Below, piece by piece: positions 33,350 through 43,273 of a stretch of 64,000 nucleotides of DNA; position 1 is the stretch's first letter; every line of letters starts with the position of its first letter. The notes beneath the pieces are model-generated. The model saw only the letters and a program-made list of their open reading frames with translations, was not told where the DNA came from and searched no databases. The DNA comes from an uncultured Planctomycetota bacterium (GTDB taxonomy: Bacteria > Planctomycetota > Planctomycetia > Isosphaerales > Isosphaeraceae): assembly GCA_963845755.1 (NCBI GenBank), contig CAWJTV010000009.1, positions 288,001-352,000 on the forward strand, in the 5' to 3' direction. A program made the translations under genes and the position numbers.

Positions 33350-33939
33350 ACCGGGGATACTCGAGCGGCCTTTAACCCGGCAGGCACGCTGCTGGCCTCG
33401 AGGAGCCGCGATGGCACGGTGCGGCTCTGGGACGTGGCGACCCGGACCGCACCGAGGTCCTTCCCGGCGACGCGGAGGGCTATCGGATCGCCTACAGCCC
33501 GGACGGCCGCCTTATCGCCGCCGCTGCGATCGGTGGGGGCGACGTGCGGCTCTGGGACGCCGGCACCGGCCGGGAGCTCGCGGTCTTGCCGCATGGGAAC
33601 CGGGTGTACGGCCTGGCGTTCAGTCCGGACGCTACCCACCTCGCGGTCCGCTGCGGTGACAACACGATCCGGCTGTGGGACGTCGCCACCTGGCAGGAGG
33701 TCTGCCCGTTGCGGGGGCACGAGTCCTATGTCCATGCCGTCGCCTTCAGCCCGGAGGGCACCCGGCTAGCCTCGGCTTCCGGCGACGCGACGGTTCGCAT
33801 CTGGGACACGGTCCCGCGGTCGGTGCGGGCACAGCCGCCGGATGGCTCCCTGACCTCACTCGGACGGGTCTCGGGCCAGGGCCGGGGCCCGATCCCGAGT
33901 GACGGGAGACCGACTCGCCCCGTCGGTCCGCCGCGGTGA
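33350..33939 (+). pseudogene. WD40-repeat C-terminal fragment
   Basis: AFNPAGTLLAS..DGTVRLWD; LAFSPD..DNTIRLWD; GHESYVHAVAFSPEGTRLASASGDATVRIWD; frameshifted. Confidence 0.8.
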
Positions 33940-34802
33940 AGCTCGGCACCGGGCGGGTCGCGCCGGTCCGCGATGAGGGAATGGGTCATGATCGTGGGCG
34001 CGAGTCCGAGCTTTTCCCGCCTGACGGTGTCCAGGGGCCACGCTCAGTTAATCAGCAGGGGAGGAGAGCGATCGAGAGGATCGCTCCGGCCTCCGGGCGT
34101 CGGGCCGGTTCGAACCGCCGGGCGTGGTCACCACCTCGGCCGGTCGATTCCCGGCCGGTCCGGGACCAAATTCAGCACACCTTCGCCTGACTGCCCCCCG
34201 GGAGTGACTCGGGGCACCTGCGGTTCCCACGATGGGACGCCCGGTCCCGGGTCGTCCTCCCGTCACTGTCACGTTCGGCGAATCGCGACGTGAGTGCCGC
34301 GCCCGCGCCCGCACGCCGCATCGCACCGGTCCGCTCGCGCACCGGGCCGGCCACGTTCATCTTCGGACTTTGGCTCTCACCGGCAAAGATCAGGGACTCT
34401 CAACAGAGGGAGGTCGGCCGTGGATGGGACGCGAGCGCGGCGGACACGCGACAAGGCCCGCCAGGCGTGGTACGCACGACACCGGCAGCGGCGGTTCGCC
34501 CGGTTCCTGGGATTTGGTGAGACAGCCCGGGACGCGGCCTCGACCCCGAAGGCCGGCACCGGGCGCGCTTCAGCCGCATGAGCACTGTTGCAAAGATCAC
34601 GGCCCGCCCCGGCGCCATGCCGGCGCGGGCCGCCCACGACGTCGTCGCCAAGCAGGACCCGTTGTTCTTCCGACCTCGGGTGTTCAGTAGACGGGGTCAA
34701 CCGGCCGGGACGATGGCGGTTTCCACGCCAGCCGATCGCCCGGATGAAGCCAGCCATGATACCAGCTCATGCTATCCAGCGGCCACGCTTCGTTATTCAA
34801 CG

Positions 34803-35452
34803 CAGCGATTCCGCAACTCGGCGGGTTTTGAGCAACCGAGGTGGAGCCCCGTGCTCACTTTCGTAGGTTTTCCGGCTTTCCGGCCTGGAAGGGGGGCGAG
34901 TGCGGCACTTTCTCGAAGTGTTGGGACGACTTCTTGGGGGCGGAGACGGAGTCTCCCCGGGACCGCCTTCCCGGTGATTGGGGAGGGGCCTTGTCGCGGG
35001 CAATGGGAGAGAGCCTCCCGGTTTCTCAGGGGGCCCGGGCCAACCGACCCGACCAGGGCGCTCGGCAGCCGATCAAGCCCCGATCCAATGCCCGGGCCAA
35101 CGCGATCAGCGTCAGGGTCGCGCAGGCGCCGGCTTGAGGTTCCTCAGCCAGAAGCTTTGCACCAGGGCATACACCACGAACGACGTCAGCAGGAAATTGA
35201 TGATCGCCGCCGCCGCGTGCTTGAAACAGTGGTTCAAGCCCCAATGCGTCGCCAGCGTGTTGAAGCAATCGTTCTCGATGTCCCAGCGGGCATGGCCGCA
35301 TCGCCACAGCCCACGCGTCGAGAGTTGGGACTTCGTCAGCGTCGTGGCCCACGACCAGATGGTCGTCTCGTCCGTCTCCTGCCACTGGCCGGCGATCCGC
35401 TCCCGCTTCCGCACGGTCTCTTCCGTGCGCAAGAACCGCAGCGGTTGGCCGC
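34803..35452 (-). mobile_element. Truncated IS: transposase 3' fragment and probable right end
   Basis: GHARWDIENDCFNTLATHWGLNHCFKH (ISAs1/ISNCY-like RWxIEN); terminus-like CAGCGATTCCGCA at 34803. Confidence 0.7.
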
Positions 35453-35454
35453 GG

Positions 35455-36428
35455 TCTCTTCCGGCTGGGGCGCCGCCTACCACGCGATGCACGAATGCGA
35501 CATCCTTCTCCTGCTCGGAACGGACTTCCCCTACGAGAGCTTCATGCCAACAGCCCCGAAAATCGTGCAGATCGACGTCCGGGCCGAGCGGCTGGGCCGG
35601 CGGTCCAAGCTCGACCTGGGCCTGTGTGGCGACATCCGCGACACGCTCCGGGGCCTCCTGCCGCTGGTGGAGACGCGGGTCGATCGGTCGTTCCTGGACG
35701 CCATGCTCGAGCAGCACGTCGCCGCCGGGCGGAAGCTCCGTGCCTACGCCGATCGCGTCAGCAAGCACCGGCCGATCCACCCGGAGCACGTCGCCGCCAT
35801 GCTGGACGAGCTGGCCGGCCCGGACGCCGTGTTCACCATCGACACCGGGATGTGCGCCGTCTGGGGCGCCCGCTACCTGCGGGCCGCGGCGGGCCGGCGG
35901 TTCCTCGGCTCGTTCAACCACGGGACGATGGCCAACGCCCTGCCGCAGGCGATCGGCGCGCAGGCGGCCTACCCTGGCTGGCAGGTGATCTCGCTGTCCG
36001 GCGACGGCGGCCTGGCCATGCTCCTGGGCGAGATCCTGACGGTCGCCCAGCACGACCTGCCGGTCAAGATCGTCGTCTTCAACTACCACCGCCTCGGCAT
36101 GGTCCAGCTGGAGCAGGAGGCCGCCGGCCTGCCCCACTACGGCTGCGAGCTGAAGAACCCGAACTTCGCCGCACTCGCCGAGGCCGTCGGCCTGGCGGGG
36201 CTGAGGGTCGAGGACCCCCAGGGGGTCCGCCCCGCGCTGGAGCAGGCGCTCGGGTCAAGCGGGCCGGTGCTGGTGGACGTGTTGACCGACCCGAACGTCC
36301 TCTCCTTGCCGCCGAAGGTGACGATCGAGCGGGCCAAGGGGTTCGCTCTGGCGATGACCCGGATGGCGTTCACGGGCGAGCTGGATGACGTGACGGACAC
36401 GGTCATGGCCAACTGGCGGTACCTCTGA
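35455..36428 (+). pseudogene. poxB: 3' half of ThDP-dependent pyruvate:quinone oxidoreductase
   Basis: CDILLLLGTDFPY, IVQID, GSFNHGTMANALPQAIGAQ, SGDGGLAMLLGE; N-terminal half replaced by IS DNA. Confidence 0.85.
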
Positions 36429-36749
36429 TGATCGTGGGGCGGATCGGTCGGCTGCGAGCGGCGCCGAGCCCGAGATCGGCGTTCCCCATCGGCGGGTGGG
36501 AGTGAGGTGGAGTCGAGGAGAACGGTGATGGTGCGCCGTGAGGTGCGGGGAGAAGTCGAGGAATGAAGTGTGCGGCGTCGATCGAGGCGTTCGATCGGAC
36601 ATTGGGCCCGCCGGACGCCGCGATCTTCCCGGCTTATCTCCTCGACACGGGCATTCGGCCCGAGTCCAATAGGTGTTCAGGAGGCCCGAGCGCGCTCGTG
36701 AGCGGCGCCCTACTTGATCCGACGCACAGGAAACCTAAGGAGGCCCAGT

Positions 36750-37280
36750 ATGAACAGGCGCGGGCACCTGTGGGCCGTCGGGTTCGACGGCACGGGGCGA
36801 GCCGCCCAGGTCCGGGACGAGATCACTAGGCTCGCCGGGGAGAAGCACTACCTGATCCTCCTGGATGTGGCGGTGGCCGTGCGCTACGCCGACGGATCCC
36901 TTACGCTGGAAGGGGAGCCGTTCCCGACTGTGATCACGCCTCAACGCGGCACCGTCGCGCGTCTCCTGGCCTACCTGGCCCTGGGTGCGCCGCCGCTGAC
37001 CGGCGGCGCCGTCAGCGCCATGTTTGGCGTGGTTGGCATCTGCGCGAACACGGCAGGAATCAGCGACGACTTCGTGCGCAACGTGGAGGGCTTGATCAGG
37101 CCGGGTACGTCCGTCCTCTTTGTCCTGGACGAGATCGGGAACATGGACGCCGTGTTGCGCGGGATCCGAGGGCTGGGCGGCACGGTGTTGAAGGCCAACG
37201 TGGATCTGGAGCAGGCCCGGCTGATCCAGTCCGCACTCGCCGCGTCCGCCGACGCTGGGCGTGCCGGACCGGGAGCCTGA
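36750..37280 (+). CDS. DUF1269 family membrane protein
   Basis: GISDDFVRNVEGLIRPGTSVLFVL..GGTVLKAN; AAGGAGG RBS. Confidence 0.75.
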   Translation: MNRRGHLWAVGFDGTGRAAQVRDEITRLAGEKHYLILLDVAVAVRYADGSLTLEGEPFPTVITPQRGTVARLLAYLALGAPPLTGGAVSAMFGVVGICANTAGISDDFVRNVEGLIRPGTSVLFVLDEIGNMDAVLRGIRGLGGTVLKANVDLEQARLIQSALAASADAGRAGPGA

Positions 37281-37487
37281 ATGACCCATGACCGAGGAAA
37301 CCAACCATCATGGAGACTCGCGCGGCGGCTTGGAATGGCGAATGGAGGCGCCATCCGGTCCGAACCACCAACGTCGGGATTCCCGCCGATTACACGCCTC
37401 CGGGCACTTCTCCCAGGGAGCGATCGCATGCGATACCTGGCCGGTGGCCACAATCGATCGGCGGATTTCCCGCTCCGGATCCGGCCG

Positions 37488-38490
37488 TTAGGCTGTGCGC
37501 GATTCGGCGGCCCCCTCGAACTCCTCCCACCAACGGGCCACTTTCCGGGCATACCACTCCTGGGCCGACGCGCAGGCGGAGAGGACCCTCTTCAGGCCCT
37601 CGGCGCTCTGGAAGCGCCCGTCCGGGCCCTTCGCCAGGCAACGGAGGACGACTTGCTCAAGATCCGCGGGAACGTCGGGGCGGTGGTGCGACGGGGGCAC
37701 GACCGGGTCGCGGACGTGGGCATACATCAGTTGCGTACTGGTTGCGCCAGCGAACGGGGGCTGGCCCGTCAGGAGGGTGTACGCCACGCCGCCCCGCGCG
37801 TACAGGTCGCAACGCCGGTCAACCACCCGGTCGCCCGCGACCTGCTCGGGCGTGATGTACTGGGGCGTGCCGCAGACGGTCCTCTCGCGGCACGGGCCGA
37901 CCTCGTGCCGCGCGGCCACGAGCGCGACGAGGCCGAAGTCGAGCAGCTTGAGGAAGTCGTACCGCCGGCCGCGCAGGGACGCGAAGAGCTTCGCCGGCTT
38001 GAAGTCGCGATGGACCAAGCCGGCCGCATGCGCCTCCGCAGCGCCTCGCACGCCTGATGCAGCAGGTAGATGACCCGACCGGGCGGCATCGGCCCGTCGC
38101 GCGCGACCAGATCTTCGAGGGTCAGCCCGTGCAGGTATTCCATGACGTAGAAGAACGTACCGTCCGCGGTCCGCCCATAGTCGTAGATGTTCAGGGTGTT
38201 CGGGTCAGACAGCAGGACGGTCACGCGGACCTCCTGTTCGAACAGTGCCAGCGACCGGGGGTCGCCGGCGCGCTCTGGCCGGATGAGCTTGAGTGCGCAG
38301 GGCCGTTTCAGCAACCGATGCTCGGCGAGGTAGACCTCTCCCATCCCCCGGTCCCGCTCTCGTCCCGGAAACGATACTGATTGAATAGCCTCGCGTTGCG
38401 CGCCGGACGTGCATCGTGCGGAGCAGATGGGCGACATATCCAGGGAGCGAGGCTGCGACCACCAGGAGGGACAAGGTCTCCACGACCCTC
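37488..38490 (-). pseudogene. Degenerate Ser/Thr kinase
   Basis: GMGEVYLAEH..CALKLI..VMEYL, then HRDFKPAKL..DFG..GTPQYITPE; frameshifts and eroded motifs. Confidence 0.8.
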
Positions 38491-38554
38491 TGCACTGTCT
38501 CGGCCCGGCGTGTTAGCGATCTCAAACTCCCAAAGGAAAGAAAGGGACCCGACC

Positions 38555-40255
38555 ATGATCACCCTCCAGCGGCCCAGACCGTCCGTTGCCGACGACAGTC
38601 CCCGTGGCGTCGATCTCCTCAACCACCCGGCCCTGAACAAGGGCACGGCGTTCACGGAGGACGAGCGGACCCAGCTTGGCCTGCACGGTCTGCTGCCGCC
38701 GCAAGTCGAGAGACTGGACGAGCAAGTGGTGCGCGCCTACGAGGCCTACCGGCGGAAAGACGATGACCTCGAGCGGCACATCTACCTGCGCGCCCTGCAA
38801 GACACCAACGAGTTCCTCTTCTACCGCCTCCTCCTCGACCACATCGAAGAGATGACACCGATGGTCTACACGCCGGTGGTCGCGCAGGCGTGCGAGCAGT
38901 TCAGCCACATCTACCGCCGGCCCCGCGGCCTGTTCATCTCCTACCCGTTGCGCGACTCGATCCCCGCGCTGCTGCGGAACCGCCCCCACCCCGCGGTGGA
39001 CGTCATCGTCGTCACCGACGGCGAGCGGATCCTGGGCATCGGCGATCAGGGAGCCGGCGGCCTGGGCATCCCCATCGGCAAGCTCTCCCTGTACACGCTG
39101 ATCGGCGGGATCCGCCCGGAGCGGACGCTGCCGATCGTGCTGGACGTGGGGACCAATAACCCGGAGCGACTCCACGATCCCGAGTATCTCGGCTGGCGCC
39201 ACGAGCGGGTGATGGGACAGGCTTACTTGGACTTCGTCGATCAGTTCGTCCGGGCCGTCCAGCAGGAGCTGCCGAGCGTTTGTCTACAGTGGGAGGACTT
39301 CGCGACCCCGCACGCCCGCCCGATTCTGGAGCGTTATCGGGACGAGCTACTAACCTTCAATGACGATATCCAGGGGACGGCGGCCGTCGCCCTGGGCGCG
39401 ATCCTGGGGGCCGTCGGCGTGACCGGCAAGCGGCTCCGCGACCAGCAGATCGTGTTCCTCGGCGCCGGGTCGGCCGCCGTCGGGGTGGCCGACTACCTGC
39501 GGGCAGCGCTGGTGCAGGACGGCTCCTCGGAGGCCGAGGCGCGGGGCCGGTTCTGGCTGGTGGACAAGGACGGCCTGCTTCACGCGGGGCGCACGGACTT
39601 GACGCCCGAGCAGCGTGTGTACGCCCAGCCGGACGATCGCGTGGTGGACTGGCCGCGGACGTTTCACGGCGCCATCGGGCTGGCGGACGTGATCGGCCGG
39701 ACCGAGGCGACCATCCTGATCGGCCTCTCGACCGTCGGCGGCGCGTTCACCGAGCCGATTGTCCGCGAAATGGCCCGCAAGGTCGAGCGACCGGTGATCC
39801 TCCCGCTCTCGAACCCCACGGCCCGATCCGAGGCGAGCCCCGACGACCTGATCCGCTGGACCGCCGGGAGGGCCCTGGTCGCCACCGGCTCGCCCTACCC
39901 GCCGGTGCGCTACGAGGCGCGGACGATCCCGATCGCCCAGTGCAACAACATGTTCATCTTCCCGGCGGTCGGGCTCGGAGTGGTTGCGTCGGGGGCCCGG
40001 CGGGTGACCGACGGGATGATGCTGGCCGCCGCCCGGGCGCTGGGCGAGCAGTCCCCGGCACGGACGGACCCGTCCGGCTCGCTCCTGCCCGCCCTCCGCG
40101 ACGTCCGCGGCGTGGCCCGAGCGATCGCCACCGCGGTCGGCCTGGAGGGCCAGCGGGCCGGCGTCGCGCCGGCGACGAGCGCCGAGGAGCTGCGCGACCG
40201 AGTCGCGGACGCACAGTGGACGCCGGAGTACCCGCGGATCGCGCCGGGCGGGTGA
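38555..40255 (+). CDS. maeA: NAD-dependent malic enzyme
   Basis: LNKGTAF, VYTPVV, VTDGERILGIGDQG, QWEDF, FNDDIQGT, GAGSA, LSNP, QCNN. Confidence 0.95.
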   Translation: MITLQRPRPSVADDSPRGVDLLNHPALNKGTAFTEDERTQLGLHGLLPPQVERLDEQVVRAYEAYRRKDDDLERHIYLRALQDTNEFLFYRLLLDHIEEMTPMVYTPVVAQACEQFSHIYRRPRGLFISYPLRDSIPALLRNRPHPAVDVIVVTDGERILGIGDQGAGGLGIPIGKLSLYTLIGGIRPERTLPIVLDVGTNNPERLHDPEYLGWRHERVMGQAYLDFVDQFVRAVQQELPSVCLQWEDFATPHARPILERYRDELLTFNDDIQGTAAVALGAILGAVGVTGKRLRDQQIVFLGAGSAAVGVADYLRAALVQDGSSEAEARGRFWLVDKDGLLHAGRTDLTPEQRVYAQPDDRVVDWPRTFHGAIGLADVIGRTEATILIGLSTVGGAFTEPIVREMARKVERPVILPLSNPTARSEASPDDLIRWTAGRALVATGSPYPPVRYEARTIPIAQCNNMFIFPAVGLGVVASGARRVTDGMMLAAARALGEQSPARTDPSGSLLPALRDVRGVARAIATAVGLEGQRAGVAPATSAEELRDRVADAQWTPEYPRIAPGG

Positions 40256-40355
40256 GTCCCGATTTCGGAAGGATTTCGAGGGGCGGGTCGTCCTCGATTC
40301 CGGAAAGTGATACGACGACACGCATGACCTTTCAACCACAACGGAGTCACTCGCC

Positions 40356-42086
40356 ATGAGGAACGAACCGGGTCGATGCTCGGTCGGCGAGTACCTGGCT
40401 CAGCGACTCGAGCAGGCGGGGGTGCGCCACTACTTCACCGTGCCGTGGGACTTCAACCTCGTGCTCCTCGACCAGTTGCTGAAGGACCCCCGGCTACAGC
40501 TCATCGGCTGCTGCAACGAGCTGAATGCCGGCTACGCTGCCGAGGGCTACGCGCGCTCCAACGGCATCGGGGCGCTCGTGGTCACATACAGCGTCGGCGG
40601 GCTCAGCGCCCTCAACGCCGTGGCCTGCGCGTCCGCTGAGGACCTGCCGGTGATCGCCATCTCCGGCGGGATTAATAGCGACGCGGAGGCGGACGGACAC
40701 GTCATCCACCACGCCCTCGGCGAGGTCCGGTACGACTACCAGCGTCAGATCTACGAGCACGTGACGGCCGGGTCCTTCGCCGTCCGCCGCCCGGACGATG
40801 CCCCTGCGGCAATCGACCGTGCGATCGAGACCGCGATCGACTGGCGGAAACCCGTCTACCTCGAGATTGACTGCAACCTGGCGGCCCTGCCCGTGCCGGC
40901 CCCGACCCCGCGCGGGTTCCATCGCGGACCCCGGAGCGACCCGACCGCCCTCGCCGCCGCCGTCGCGCACGCGGCGGACCTGCTGGCCAGCGCTACAAGG
41001 CCGGTTCTCGTCGCCGGCCCCCGGATCCGGCCCCCGGAGGCCCGGGCCGCGTTCCGCAAGCTCGCCGACGCCGCCGGCTACGCCGTCGCCGCCCAGCCAG
41101 CCGCCAAGGGGATGTTCCCGGAGGACCACCCGGCCTTCGCCGGCCTCTACTGGGGCCCGGTCAGCTCCCCGGGCGTGGCGGCGCTGGTCGAGTCGGCCGA
41201 CGCCTACCTGTTCGCCGGCGGTCTCCTGTCCGACTACTCCACGACCGGGTACTCGGCCCTGATCGACCCGAAGAAGCTTTTGCACGCCAACCCCGACGAC
41301 ATCCGCCTGCCCGGCGCCCGGTACACGGGGGTCGCCTTGGCCGACTTTCTCGCGTCGCTGGCCGAGAAGGTCCGGCCCAACCCGGCGTCGCTCGATCAGT
41401 ACCGCCTCGCCAACGACGCTGGCCCGGCCACAGCGACCAACGGAGCCGCCTTGCTCAATCCGGCCGCCTTGCCGACAACGCGTTCGGTATTCGCCAGGGT
41501 CCAGTCGCTCCTCGGCGACCGGACGGCGCTGCTGGTGGAGACCGGCGACTCCTGGTTCAACGGGCTGAAGCTGCGCCTCCCCCGCGGCTGCCGGTTCGAG
41601 ATCCAGTTCCAGGCCGGCTCGATCGGCTGGTGCGCCCCGGCCGCGCTGGGCTACGAGCTGGGCTGCCCCGAGCCGACCCGCGTCGTCGCGATGATCGGGG
41701 ACGGCTCGTTCCAGCTCACCGCGCAGGAGGTCTCGACGATGGTGCGCTACGGGACCAGGCCGATCATCGTGCTCGTCAACAACCGCGGCTACACGATCGA
41801 GGCGGAGATCCACGACGGCCCGTACAACCGGATCAAGAACTGGGATTACGCGGGGCTGATGGAGGTCTTCAACGCGGGGGAGGGCAACGGTCTGGGCATG
41901 CACGCCGCAACCCTGGGCGAGTTCGACTCCGCGATTGGCCAGGCCCTGGCCCACGACGGGCCGTGCCTGATCGAGGTACCTATCGACCCGCACGACTGCA
42001 GCGAGGAGCTCCGGGAGTGGGGCAGTCGCGTCGCCCTCGCCAACGGCCGGGCGCCGCGTACCGGCCTGCCCTCCCAGGAGGTGTGA
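40356..42086 (+). CDS. pdc: Pyruvate decarboxylase-like alpha-keto acid decarboxylase (Zymomonas type)
   Basis: CCNELNAGYAAEGYAR, IHHALG, ETGDSWFN, GSIGW, GDGSFQLTAQE, NNRGYTIE..IHDGPYNRIKNWDY. Confidence 0.85.
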   Translation: MRNEPGRCSVGEYLAQRLEQAGVRHYFTVPWDFNLVLLDQLLKDPRLQLIGCCNELNAGYAAEGYARSNGIGALVVTYSVGGLSALNAVACASAEDLPVIAISGGINSDAEADGHVIHHALGEVRYDYQRQIYEHVTAGSFAVRRPDDAPAAIDRAIETAIDWRKPVYLEIDCNLAALPVPAPTPRGFHRGPRSDPTALAAAVAHAADLLASATRPVLVAGPRIRPPEARAAFRKLADAAGYAVAAQPAAKGMFPEDHPAFAGLYWGPVSSPGVAALVESADAYLFAGGLLSDYSTTGYSALIDPKKLLHANPDDIRLPGARYTGVALADFLASLAEKVRPNPASLDQYRLANDAGPATATNGAALLNPAALPTTRSVFARVQSLLGDRTALLVETGDSWFNGLKLRLPRGCRFEIQFQAGSIGWCAPAALGYELGCPEPTRVVAMIGDGSFQLTAQEVSTMVRYGTRPIIVLVNNRGYTIEAEIHDGPYNRIKNWDYAGLMEVFNAGEGNGLGMHAATLGEFDSAIGQALAHDGPCLIEVPIDPHDCSEELREWGSRVALANGRAPRTGLPSQEV

Positions 42087-42284
42087 CGGGCCTGGCACGC
42101 CGCCCTCGTCACCCCATTAGTCGGCTGGACCGTTCCCGGGAAAAAGGAGGCTCTCATGGCGGTCCGAAAATACCGCCCGGGTGCGATTCCGGAGCCGACA
42201 GGAGTCAATGGCTCGCGCATGACCACCTGCGCCCGTCGGTCCGTCGCCGTCAAGGGCGGTAGCGGCTCGATTGGCCCGTGCGTC

Positions 42285-42581
42285 TCAGGGAGCCCCGTGC
42301 TCCGCGAGGATCCGCCGGATCTCGCGGATGACGGCGGGATGGTCCTGGCAGAGGTGGCCGGACGAGATGAGCGACTCGGACTCCACCCCGTCGAGATGGG
42401 CACTCTCGTACGGGACCTGGCCGTCGCTCCCTCCCGCGCCGGGCGGGTCGCGCCGGTCGGCGATGATGGAATGGGCCTTGATCGTCGGCGCGAGTCCGAG
42501 CTCATCCAGGCCGATGAGGATCGGCGATCGCCACTCCAGCTCGTCGATGCTGGTGGGCAGTCCCTTGCGGAAGCGCTCGGT
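42285..42581 (-). pseudogene. Duplicated 3' end of the alpha/beta hydrolase at 52817
   Basis: Colinear over 297 bp and near-identical to 52817-53113. Confidence 0.85.
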
Positions 42582-42705
42582 AAGTCCTCGGCGCGGTCGG
42601 TCATCATCGCCCTCAGGGCGGTCAACTGGCGCTCACGCCACTGGGCCCGGTCCGAAAGTAGGTGCGGTGCCGGGCGACCAGAGCGGAGAAATCGGGGGTG
42701 CTCAT
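42582..42705 (-). pseudogene. N-terminal remnant of an aldehyde dehydrogenase (ALDH3-like)
   Basis: MSTPDFSALVARHRTYFRTG, then QWRERQLTALRAMMTDRAED; GAGGA RBS. Confidence 0.55.
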
Positions 42706-42775
42706 GGATCAGTCCTCGGTAGTTGTTGGTGGATTCGATCGCCGAGGCTCGGATCGGTCGCAAGCGTTCGGCGAT

Positions 42776-43261
42776 CTAAGAGGTTGAAGCACGGTTACGA
42801 TCTCGATGCTCAGCGCCGGGGATGTCGCGTCGAGCGGCCGCAGCCGACGACTTGTCCTCGTCGGGATAGAGGTCGAGGACGCGCTCCAGGCGGCAGATCC
42901 GGAGCATGTCGCGGAGGACCGGGTCGAGGCCGGAGATCGCCAGCCGGCGCCGCGACTTCTCCAATCGTCGGTGGAGCGCGGCCAGCATGCCCAGCACGTC
43001 GCTCGACATCGTGTTGACCTCGCGGAAGTTCAGTACCAGCCGGGTGTGCCCGTCCTCGGCCAGGCGATGGAGCTGGTTGGCCAGATGGGAGATGTCCTCT
43101 TCGGCATAGAGGGTCTCCGCGTTGATGATCTCTACGACGGCGGTCCCGTCGACGGCCCGGACCCGGAGGGCCGGCTGCCGGTACGGACGATCGGATCGGG
43201 ATGCGCCGCCCGGCGGCAAGGTGGCACTGTCCCACGGACTCAGGGCTTCGTCTGCTGACAT
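42776..43261 (-). CDS. STAS-domain anti-sigma-factor antagonist
   Basis: LVLNFREVNTMSSDVLGML..LRDMLRICRLERVLDLY; GGAGG RBS. Confidence 0.85.
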   Translation of the reverse strand: MSADEALSPWDSATLPPGGASRSDRPYRQPALRVRAVDGTAVVEIINAETLYAEEDISHLANQLHRLAEDGHTRLVLNFREVNTMSSDVLGMLAALHRRLEKSRRRLAISGLDPVLRDMLRICRLERVLDLYPDEDKSSAAAARRDIPGAEHRDRNRASTS

Positions 43262-43273
43262 GTCTCCTGCCTC

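Noticed and set aside
34578..36428. 616-aa ORF as one gene
   Set aside because: Chance read-through: the 5' part is non-coding or antisense transposase; only about 35455 onward is poxB-like
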